DNA of 64,000 nucleotides from a virus: positions 1-64,000 of the IMG/VR virus record IMGVR_UViG_3300039310_000050; one strand, 5' to 3'. The position numbers and the translations under genes are program-made. Below are positions 1 to 7,600 of this stretch, piece by piece; position 1 is the first letter of the stretch, and every line of letters begins with the position of its first letter. The notes under the pieces were generated by a model. The model did no database searches. It was not told the DNA's origin and saw only the letters and a program-made list of their open reading frames with translations.

Positions 1-321
1 TTCTCTTTCTGTTAAAACGGTTTCTTCTTCTCGATTGGATCCAAGAGAATGAGAATAAACAGCATTTTTGGAAGCAACCAAAGCACGCCGAAAGGATTCT
101 GATTGATTAAACATTTCACGATAGGCTTTATGCAATAATTTCTGATATTCTGGTCCATCACGCTTATAAGTTTTGCCGTTCCACCAAAGAATTTGTTGTT
201 TTTGCCAAGCTTTATTTCTTTTTTTACCACGAAATTTAGCTGCCCGTCCTACAAGTTTACAAACTTCTATTTGAATATGGATCTTATCAAATTTTAATGA
301 TTGTAATAAGAAAGTGGCCAA
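1..321 (-). pseudogene. T4 gp30.3-like (NADAR superfamily) protein, apparently 5'-truncated; runs off the window edge
   Basis: Frame not in the ORF track reads LATFLLQSLKFDKIHIQIEVCKLVGRAAKFRGKKRNKAWQKQQILWWNG...ETVLTERE, matching recalled gp30.3-type motifs. An in-frame TGA lies at 322-324, so the usual N-terminus is absent. Confidence 0.6.
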
Positions 322-587
322 TCATTATGAGCTAAATCATAACCTTCCAAAAAGAAATGATTTTCCAGTTCTTCCAAATCTTTAAATTCACCTAAAATAT
401 CTTTTTGTCCCGCTTTAAATCCTTGAAGCCTAGCTTCTTTTATAAATCTATCTCCATCCCCACCTTCCATCCATACATATCCAAAATCTGGATGTAAAGC
501 TTGTGTTAATTCATCTTCAATAAGATCTTTACAAAACCAAAAATCAAATTCATGCCATAAATGTTTTAATTTATTCCACATTTTCAT
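294..587 (-). CDS. hypothetical protein
   Basis: 97-aa ORF downstream of an early promoter. Confidence 0.6.
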   Translation of the reverse strand: MKMWNKLKHLWHEFDFWFCKDLIEDELTQALHPDFGYVWMEGGDGDRFIKEARLQGFKAGQKDILGEFKDLEELENHFFLEGYDLAHNDWPLSYYNH

Positions 588-792
588 CTCTCAAAAATTC
601 CATACTTTGTTTATAAACAGCATAGAATATATCTTTTTTAGGATAGTGGTCATAATCTTTTGGACACCCATAAGCACAACCACCAGTTTCTCCGACTAAA
701 AATCCACATTCTTTACAAATGGGATATTTTATTTCTTTTATAATTATATCTCCTGGAATTGGCCTAGGAGTTTGATTTTTATATTCATCCAC
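571..792 (-). CDS. hypothetical Cys-containing protein
   Basis: 73-aa ORF directly after the promoter at 799-827. Confidence 0.6.
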   Translation of the reverse strand: MDEYKNQTPRPIPGDIIIKEIKYPICKECGFLVGETGGCAYGCPKDYDHYPKKDIFYAVYKQSMEFLRDENVE

Positions 793-798
793 GATTTT

Positions 799-827
799 AT
801 TATATCATAAAAAGAATAGATTGTCAA
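799..827 (-). promoter_or_regulatory. sigma70-type early promoter
   Basis: TTGACA-17 nt-TATAAT with extended TG. Confidence 0.85.
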
Positions 828-834
828 GTTCTAT

Positions 835-2097
835 TTATGGATAAGCTTTAAAAATTGAATCTTTTACCAATTCTAAATGTGTTACATATTTAGCTTTGTT
901 AATTGTATGACGTACCCCTACAACCAAATATCGATCGGTTAAATAATCTTCTAATTGTAATTGATCTTCAACTAAAGCTTCAGGTGAAGGTAAAGTAACA
1001 GAAACCAAATCTCCTACACGCCGAAGGCTATCTCCAGGAATAGTGACATATAAACGGATATTTTGAAGCTGTTGCATTTGAGATAATCTTGGCTGCATCC
1101 AATCTGCCACATGATTTTCTTGTCCTGGTAAACCAATGGGATATAATTTACATTCACCATATACATTAGTATTAAAATCTGATTTTGAAGTCCATAGATA
1201 AGATAATCCACCTTTTACATTATTAGGTTCAATATGTTGAAAATTTGGATAAGAATTAGGATAATCAAAATCATTAATTCCAAATTGTTTTCTTTGTATA
1301 TCATGCCATATAAGGCGGTTGGTATACATCCCATTTGTAATATTTTCCAATGTATCTAAATTATTTGCAAATTTATAGGATTCTAAAGCTATTTGATCTA
1401 AATCAACTGTTCGTGGTTTATATCCTTCAGGAATATCTTTACGGACATTAGCTGTTTGAAAAATATAATTTTGAACTGGAGGATAAGTATCACAAAGACT
1501 TTCGATTGATTCAAAATTAAAACCATCTACAGTTTGATAATAAACATAATTTGATCCAACATATTTTTGACTATTTGCTCGTGATGCCAAAAAATTTAAA
1601 GTTTTAATAGGAGTCCAATATGGAGGAATAATATGGAAAAGATTCTTTGTTGGTTCAATCGAAATAAAAGAAGAAGAAAGAAAATTGGTTTGAATATCAT
1701 TAGCAATATCAGAAATTAACATCCCTTTATAAGATTTACTTATTCTGGTTTGAGCATTGATAAATTCTATATTATCGATACACCGTAAAATATAAAATTG
1801 TCTTCTTTCTTTTTCTAATTCTCTTGCATCAATTTTATAAACTCTTAAATGTAATTGGATAAAATTTGGGTTTCCTGGTGTTTTAAATGAAAATCTAATC
1901 CATTCATGTCCTGTAATAGGTAAATTTTTAATTGTATTTAATGCATCGTTAATTACAAAATCTGCTGTTATGGAAGAATTAAAAAGGTTTTCATAAACAT
2001 TAATTTCAGTAACCAATAATACTAAATCAATATTATCTCCAGTAATACTTTCCAATACAACTTCTTTTAATTCAAAATCTGTAGCATGTCTGTCCAT
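835..2097 (-). CDS. baseplate hub protein (gp27/late control D-like)
   Basis: EINVYENLFNSSITADFVIND...LPITGHE start and IPGDSLRRVGD...YLVVGVRH end; adjacent to gp53. Confidence 0.75.
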   Translation of the reverse strand: MDRHATDFELKEVVLESITGDNIDLVLLVTEINVYENLFNSSITADFVINDALNTIKNLPITGHEWIRFSFKTPGNPNFIQLHLRVYKIDARELEKERRQFYILRCIDNIEFINAQTRISKSYKGMLISDIANDIQTNFLSSSFISIEPTKNLFHIIPPYWTPIKTLNFLASRANSQKYVGSNYVYYQTVDGFNFESIESLCDTYPPVQNYIFQTANVRKDIPEGYKPRTVDLDQIALESYKFANNLDTLENITNGMYTNRLIWHDIQRKQFGINDFDYPNSYPNFQHIEPNNVKGGLSYLWTSKSDFNTNVYGECKLYPIGLPGQENHVADWMQPRLSQMQQLQNIRLYVTIPGDSLRRVGDLVSVTLPSPEALVEDQLQLEDYLTDRYLVVGVRHTINKAKYVTHLELVKDSIFKAYP

Positions 2098-2098
2098 A

Positions 2099-2647
2099 TT
2101 ATTGTGATGGAGGAACCATCAATGCATCCAATTCATTTTCGATTATTGTTATATATTGAGGATCCACTAATTGTATATTTTTCTTTTCTTCATTCAAGGT
2201 AGTTTCATAATCATAAGAATAAACTTTTATACTACCTTGTGCAAATGTGGCATTATATGTGGCTAAATCAATCCAAGCACCTAAATTGTCTTCATAATGA
2301 TCTATCGTTGATTGAGCCACTTGGACCGATCCATATTTTTTATTTAAATATGCAATAAATTGGTCATAAGAAAGTGGCCAATCATTCCAAATATCAAAAA
2401 TATTATTTGCAAACATTACTACCCAATAATACATGGAAGATCCATATAATTTTTCAGCAATAATATCTGGTGTTTCTCCTTCTTTAATATGATAAGGATA
2501 AAAAACGATTATATTTTTTCGAACAATCTCAAGAAATTTGGCTCTATGAATAATATCTGTAATAAAACGGACATTTGTTCCAGTATTATCTATATCATAT
2601 ATGGTAGTTGGAAATTTTGAAAAATAGGATGTTGGCATTAAATACAT
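2099..2647 (-). CDS. gp53: baseplate wedge subunit gp53
   Basis: YFSKFP start; LysM-like YHIKEGETPDIIAEKLYG; YWVVMFAN; DWPLS. Confidence 0.9.
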   Translation of the reverse strand: MYLMPTSYFSKFPTTIYDIDNTGTNVRFITDIIHRAKFLEIVRKNIIVFYPYHIKEGETPDIIAEKLYGSSMYYWVVMFANNIFDIWNDWPLSYDQFIAYLNKKYGSVQVAQSTIDHYEDNLGAWIDLATYNATFAQGSIKVYSYDYETTLNEEKKNIQLVDPQYITIIENELDALMVPPSQ

Positions 2648-3363
2648 ACCTCTAATTTTCTTTTACCTAATTTTGTTTGGCGCATTTTTTCAATTGTTTC
2701 TTTTGGCCATTTTTTACCTTTATTCCAAGATGGTTTTCCTTTTTTGGCAAAAGACATCTTTTGCCGAGTTTCCGGAGACATATTTTGAAGGTGATGTATT
2801 CTTTTTTTACGAGTTTCAGGATTTTTCCAAGTCTTTTTAGATCCTTGACCAATTTTCTTTTTCGTTTCTTCTGTCATTTGTAAATGAGAATTTGACATTT
2901 TTTCAATAGATGCTTGAGAATGTTTTTTCCCTTTCATAGGATGTTTTTCTGGATGTTCTTTAAAATATTTCTTCTGGAATTCTGACATTTTCTTTTTAAT
3001 TTCAGGTCGAGACATAGCCAATTTAGTTGCTTGACTTATTTTCTTTTTTATTTTTTCAGACATAGTATATTTTTGCCTGCCAGATCCACCTAAATTCATA
3101 TTATAACCATTATAATAAGTGTTATACTTGGCAATCATTTCAATTTCTAATTTCTTGGCTTCTTCCAAAGTTAAGATATTATCTATAAGGATTTCGTGGT
3201 CCCAAAATTGATAGGGAATTTGTTTGATTGCTTGACTAAATTTCCATTCTTGTTTTAAAGACGATTTTATATGTGCTTTCCAACGATTTTCAATGGTTTG
3301 GCAAGTATAACCAATATAAGCCAAATCATTAATTATATTAGTGTGTTTGTAAATGATATACAT
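2638..3363 (-). mobile_element. free-standing GIY-YIG homing endonuclease with NUMOD3 repeats
   Basis: IIYKHTN...AYIGYT...RW..H, GYNMNLGG, and repeated HSQASIEKMS/EETKKKI motifs; late promoter at 3369-3376. Confidence 0.9.
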
Positions 3364-3368
3364 AAAAG

Positions 3369-3376
3369 TATTTATA
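3369..3376 (-). promoter_or_regulatory. T4-type late promoter
   Basis: TATAAATA 5 nt before the endonuclease ATG. Confidence 0.7.
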
Positions 3377-3408
3377 CATCATATCATAACTTATTGAAAA
3401 TAAAGAAG

Positions 3409-4389
3409 TTAGTAACCCTCATATATACGATTTTTGGTAATAACTTCAAGTTCTTGGAATGTTAATGAAAGATTTGTTTCAACTGCCATACCATTAATAT
3501 TAGTTCCTGGTCTAAATGCTGACCATGCACCCGATGCCATAGGATCAACTGTCATTGATGTAAGAGCACAGGTAGATATTTTATTTAAGAAATTATTTTG
3601 TTTTCCATTACTCCAAAATTCAATATCAAATTCAGAAGGATAAATTAAAAATTTAGCTGTATTTTTATCCGATCTAACCTCTGGAGCAGAATAAAATTTA
3701 AATGCACTAATAATATTTGCAACTGTAAGAGCTTCTTGTTCAGATCTAGGAGTAAATTTAAATTGGAATTGAAAAGTTCTAAATCCAATTCCTCGGAATA
3801 ACATTTCTAAATGAGGATTAATAGCAGTTTTAGTTATAAAAGTTCCAGCTTCTAAAAGTGGAGCATTTAATCCTATATGTTTAGATATTACATCTTCAAG
3901 ATCCTTTACAGCACCTACACCTATTTGAAGACCAAATTCTTCAATTGCTCTTTGTATGGAAGAATTTCCTCCTGCAAGAGCTTTACCTATAGCACCAAAT
4001 TGTCCAAATTCTTGTTGTCCCCAATCTGTTGCATATGTGGTTTGAAAAGAAGGTATATATAAAGCAATTAATGTCGAAACTCTATTAATATTATTTTTAT
4101 TATATGTAGTTGTATTACTATTTGAATTTACCTGTGGTGTTGCAGGATTTCCATTTGAATCTACAGGTGTACCACCATTTGTTGCATATTGTGAACCACT
4201 AACACCTAAAGTTGATTTTATAGTATTAATATAAAATAAAACCATATGTTGTTCTCCAGGATCGCTTGTTAAATCTATTGGATAAGTAAAACTGGATACA
4301 TTATATCCATTTGATTCTAATTTAGCTAAAGGATTAGATGTATTAGGTGGTAAAACTGACCCCGTTGAAGTTGGAATAGATGGCATCAT
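3409..4389 (-). CDS. gp48: baseplate tail-tube cap gp48
   Basis: INPHLEMLFRGIGFRTFQFQFKFTPRSEQEA and LSLTFQELEVITK. Confidence 0.88.
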   Translation of the reverse strand: MMPSIPTSTGSVLPPNTSNPLAKLESNGYNVSSFTYPIDLTSDPGEQHMVLFYINTIKSTLGVSGSQYATNGGTPVDSNGNPATPQVNSNSNTTTYNKNNINRVSTLIALYIPSFQTTYATDWGQQEFGQFGAIGKALAGGNSSIQRAIEEFGLQIGVGAVKDLEDVISKHIGLNAPLLEAGTFITKTAINPHLEMLFRGIGFRTFQFQFKFTPRSEQEALTVANIISAFKFYSAPEVRSDKNTAKFLIYPSEFDIEFWSNGKQNNFLNKISTCALTSMTVDPMASGAWSAFRPGTNINGMAVETNLSLTFQELEVITKNRIYEGY

Positions 4390-4402
4390 ATTGTCTAAAT
4401 AT

Positions 4403-4410
4403 TATTTATA
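4403..4410 (-). promoter_or_regulatory. T4-type late promoter for gp48
   Basis: TATAAATA between the divergent gp48 and gp4 genes. Confidence 0.7.
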
Positions 4411-4412
4411 CT

Positions 4413-4847
4413 ATGCCTTATAAAGGAAAATTCACACTTATACATCCTGAAAAATATAAAGGAAACCCACATAATATTATTTATCGTTCTATTTGGGAAC
4501 GAAATTGTATGAGAACTTTTGATTCTAGTTCAAATGTTTTAGCTTGGGCTTCAGAAGAATCATTTATTCCTTATGTATCTCCAGTTGATCAAAAAGTTCA
4601 TAAATATTTTCCTGATTTTCTTGTAAAAGTTTTGGATAAAAATAAACAAGAAAAGAAATATATGATTGAAGTTAAACCATATAAATTTACTCAACCACCT
4701 AAAATTCCTAAAAGAAAAACCAAATCATATTATAATGCGGTAGAAAGATATGCTATAAATTTATCTAAATGGGAAGCCGCCAAAAATTGGTGTATTGCTC
4801 ATGATTATATTTTTAAACTCATGACTGAAACGGAATGCATGAGATAA
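4413..4847 (+). CDS. gp4: head completion nuclease gp4
   Basis: YKGKF..IHPEKYKG, IIYRSIWE, WASEE, YFPDF, IEVKP, KWEAA. Confidence 0.92.
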   Translation: MPYKGKFTLIHPEKYKGNPHNIIYRSIWERNCMRTFDSSSNVLAWASEESFIPYVSPVDQKVHKYFPDFLVKVLDKNKQEKKYMIEVKPYKFTQPPKIPKRKTKSYYNAVERYAINLSKWEAAKNWCIAHDYIFKLMTETECMR

Positions 4848-4855
4848 ATATCTAT

Positions 4856-5593
4856 ATGGCATATATTTCTATTTTAGATCGTGTTCGTGAAAAACTTCAG
4901 AAAGAACCATTTTCAAATACTCAAGCTGGTTCTATAAAATGGTATAGAAATCAAATTAGAAAATTAAGTGAAAGTCCTACAGGACATTTTTATCGAGGAG
5001 ATACTTTACGTCCTCATTTATTAGCCGATCCTAATAGAAGTACGGAAAATATTTTACCTGGTTTAATGTATTTGTTTTATTATGATCCAAAATATAAAAA
5101 GGTTCTTCCATATTATGATAGATTTCCTTTAGTTTTCCCCATTGATTATAATCGAGAAGGTTTTATAGGATTAAATTTACATTATCTTGGATATAATACT
5201 CGATTAGAACTTTTCCGACAATTAGAATTAATGTCAAATAGAAATCAAAATGATCCACGGGCCCGTATTCAAATAGCATATAGAATGTTAAAAGGTTTTT
5301 CTAGATTTAAAGCTTTTAAACCTTGTTTGAAAAAATATTTATTTCAACATGTAAGATCACATTATGTAAGGATTAATTCACCTGATTGGGAAACTGCATT
5401 ATTTCTTCCAGTTGAACAATTTGTTAAACGGAGCAAAACATTTGTTTGGGCTGATTCAGAAAGAATTATTTCTGGAGAACAGAAAGGGCCGACAGGATTA
5501 CCTAAAACAACAAATATACCACATACTCCAACAGTGACAACCTCTCCGGTTCAAAAAACAGTTAATACAAATGGATTACCACATAAGATATAA
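4856..5593 (+). CDS. gp2: DNA end protector protein gp2
   Basis: YDPKYKKVLPYYDRFPLVF, GLNLHYL, KPCLKKYL, LPVEQF, VWADS. Confidence 0.92.
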   Translation: MAYISILDRVREKLQKEPFSNTQAGSIKWYRNQIRKLSESPTGHFYRGDTLRPHLLADPNRSTENILPGLMYLFYYDPKYKKVLPYYDRFPLVFPIDYNREGFIGLNLHYLGYNTRLELFRQLELMSNRNQNDPRARIQIAYRMLKGFSRFKAFKPCLKKYLFQHVRSHYVRINSPDWETALFLPVEQFVKRSKTFVWADSERIISGEQKGPTGLPKTTNIPHTPTVTTSPVQKTVNTNGLPHKI

Positions 5594-5596
5594 ATA
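5589..5596 (+). promoter_or_regulatory. T4-type late promoter
   Basis: TATAAATA upstream of the gp54 ATG. Confidence 0.75.
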
Positions 5597-5602
5597 TATT
5601 AT

Positions 5603-6403
5603 ATGCCAATCGCTTCCACAATTTCCCAGGTATCATCTTACGTAACTTCATTACTAAGATCTGGTAGTCCTACATCGGGTATTCAAGAAATAATTTCTCA
5701 AATAATGGATGCTGGTGGAGTTTCAAGAACAAATAGATTTTCAGTTCAAATTGTTCCACCAAGAATAGTTTCTAATGTGGCTTCAAATAGTTTATCACCA
5801 CAAGCACAACAAAATATACAAGGATATGCTCAATTACAAGGGCAAAGTCCGCAATCATTAGGAATTGTACAAGATTATTTTACAATAATGGGATTATCTG
5901 CTTCTAATTCTCCTGATAGATTAGATATAATGTGTTGCCGTGTTGAATTACCTGGAAAACAATTTTCTGCTACAGATGCTAAAACATATGGTGCTATTTT
6001 CCAAATGCCTAATGTAGATGTTTATTCTAATATTACATTATATTTTATTGTTGGAAGAGATATGTTTGAGCGAGATTTTTTTGATGCATGGTCTTATACA
6101 ATTCAAGATCCATCATCTTCTGATTTTAATTATGTGAATGAATATGCCACTACGGTTGATATTCTTCAAATGGATGAATATAATAATAGCAATTATGGGG
6201 TAAGATTATTTCAGGCATGGCCTATCAATATTGGAGAATTGAAATTAGAATATGCCGATATGAATTCTTACCATGTTTTACCTGTCACATTTACATATCG
6301 TAAATGGATAAATTTGAAAGTGAATACAGGAACACCAACTAGTATCCAACCAAGAGGGGCCCCTCCAACACCTTTTAGAAATACTATTTCGGTATCCAAA
6401 TAA
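5603..6403 (+). CDS. gp54: baseplate tail-tube initiator gp54 (gp19-like fold)
   Basis: GVSRTNRF, CCRVELPG, FFDAW, AWPINIG, VTFTYRKW; gp2-gp54-gp26 synteny. Confidence 0.8.
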   Translation: MPIASTISQVSSYVTSLLRSGSPTSGIQEIISQIMDAGGVSRTNRFSVQIVPPRIVSNVASNSLSPQAQQNIQGYAQLQGQSPQSLGIVQDYFTIMGLSASNSPDRLDIMCCRVELPGKQFSATDAKTYGAIFQMPNVDVYSNITLYFIVGRDMFERDFFDAWSYTIQDPSSSDFNYVNEYATTVDILQMDEYNNSNYGVRLFQAWPINIGELKLEYADMNSYHVLPVTFTYRKWINLKVNTGTPTSIQPRGAPPTPFRNTISVSK

Positions 6404-6409
6404 GGAAAT

Positions 6410-7222
6410 ATGAGTCTACCAAAAATTAAATTACCAATACATTCATTAATTCTTCCTTCAACAGGAGAAAAAGTTCTTTTTACTCCTTTTACTGTAAAGG
6501 AAGAAAAATTATTATTACTAGCGGCGGATGATGATGAAGAAGTTCAAATTAGAACTTTACGCCAAATTTTAAATAATTGTATTTTACCAAATGAAGCTGG
6601 TAAAAAAATAAATGTTGAAAAATTACCATTATTTGACCTTGATTATCTTTGGTTAAAAATTCGTCGGTGGTCAGTTGAAGAAATTGTAACTGTACCTTTT
6701 GAATGCCGGCAACCTTTACCAGAAGGGCAAATATTAACCGATTCTGAAGGAAATAAAAGAAATTATTGTGGACAAATAGTAAATGTCCCTATTAATTTAG
6801 ATAAAGTAGAAGTTACAAAAGATCCTACAAATGATCCAAAAATTTCTTTATTAGAAGGAATTACAGTTGTATTATGTTATCCTACAATCGAAACTCTTCA
6901 ACATTTATTAAAAGTAAAAAATGAAAATGATATTGAAGGAAATTTATCTGTTGTGGCTGAATGTATTACTTTAATTTATGATTCTACAGATAATAAAACT
7001 TATGAAAAACAACATTTAGAAAAAACCGAAGTGATTGAATTTTTAGAATCTCTTCCACAATTAGAATTTGTTAAAATTATGAAATTTTTTGAAACTTTAC
7101 CTAAAATTAAAGTAGAAGTTAAATTCCATTGTCCTAGATGTAAACATGAAGCTAATATTGTTATTGAAGGGACTAAAAGTTTTTTAGCCTCGGCCTCAGC
7201 CACGAAACCCTTCCAAACTTAA
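6410..7222 (+). CDS. gp26: baseplate hub assembly protein gp26
   Basis: MSLPKI, LPSTG, PFTVKEEKLLL, LPLFDLDYLWLKIR, FFETLPKI, CPRC, GTKSFL. Confidence 0.9.
   Translation: MSLPKIKLPIHSLILPSTGEKVLFTPFTVKEEKLLLLAADDDEEVQIRTLRQILNNCILPNEAGKKINVEKLPLFDLDYLWLKIRRWSVEEIVTVPFECRQPLPEGQILTDSEGNKRNYCGQIVNVPINLDKVEVTKDPTNDPKISLLEGITVVLCYPTIETLQHLLKVKNENDIEGNLSVVAECITLIYDSTDNKTYEKQHLEKTEVIEFLESLPQLEFVKIMKFFETLPKIKVEVKFHCPRCKHEANIVIEGTKSFLASASATKPFQT
7180..7186 (+). promoter_or_regulatory. candidate -1 ribosomal frameshift slippery heptamer T TTT TTA
   Basis: XXXYYYZ heptamer in correct gp26 phase; the -1 frame is open into gp51. Confidence 0.65.
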
Positions 7223-7242
7223 TATTATGGAATCACGAATTA

Positions 7243-7377
7243 ATGATGCATCAAAAATATTCGTTGACTGAGTTAGAAAATATGATTCCTTGGGAACGTA
7301 AAATATATACAGAATTAGTAATTAAATGGATTAAAGAAGAAAACGAAAGATTGGAGAAAAAATATGGTCCCAGATAA
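7243..7377 (+). CDS. gp51: baseplate hub assembly protein gp51 (short; frame open from 7180)
   Basis: MMHQKYSLTELENMIPWERKIY...IKEEN; not in the ORF track because it is under 60 aa. Confidence 0.85.
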   Translation: MMHQKYSLTELENMIPWERKIYTELVIKWIKEENERLEKKYGPR

Positions 7378-7585
7378 TGAAACTTTAATACCATCTAAAG
7401 ACAATGTTAATTGGATTTATAAGTTTTTTGAAGCATTGAGTTTAAGTGGTGCAATTATTGTAATGTTATTCTCATTAACTGTTTATGGTATTGCTTCTCA
7501 CCAAAAAGAAGTATATCAAAGTTTTGGTACTGCTTTTTGTACCTTTGTAACTGGAAAACAATTAGGAAAAATAGAAGGAAAATAA
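7364..7585 (+). CDS. small membrane protein
   Basis: Hydrophobic stretch LSGAIIVMLFSLTVYGIA. Confidence 0.55.
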   Translation: MVPDNETLIPSKDNVNWIYKFFEALSLSGAIIVMLFSLTVYGIASHQKEVYQSFGTAFCTFVTGKQLGKIEGK

Positions 7586-7600
7586 TTTAAAGGAAAAGTT

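Noticed and set aside
12-230. 72-aa ORF in the track
   Set aside because: A different minus frame (321-1) gives recognisable gp30.3-like motifs, so this is a shadow ORF.
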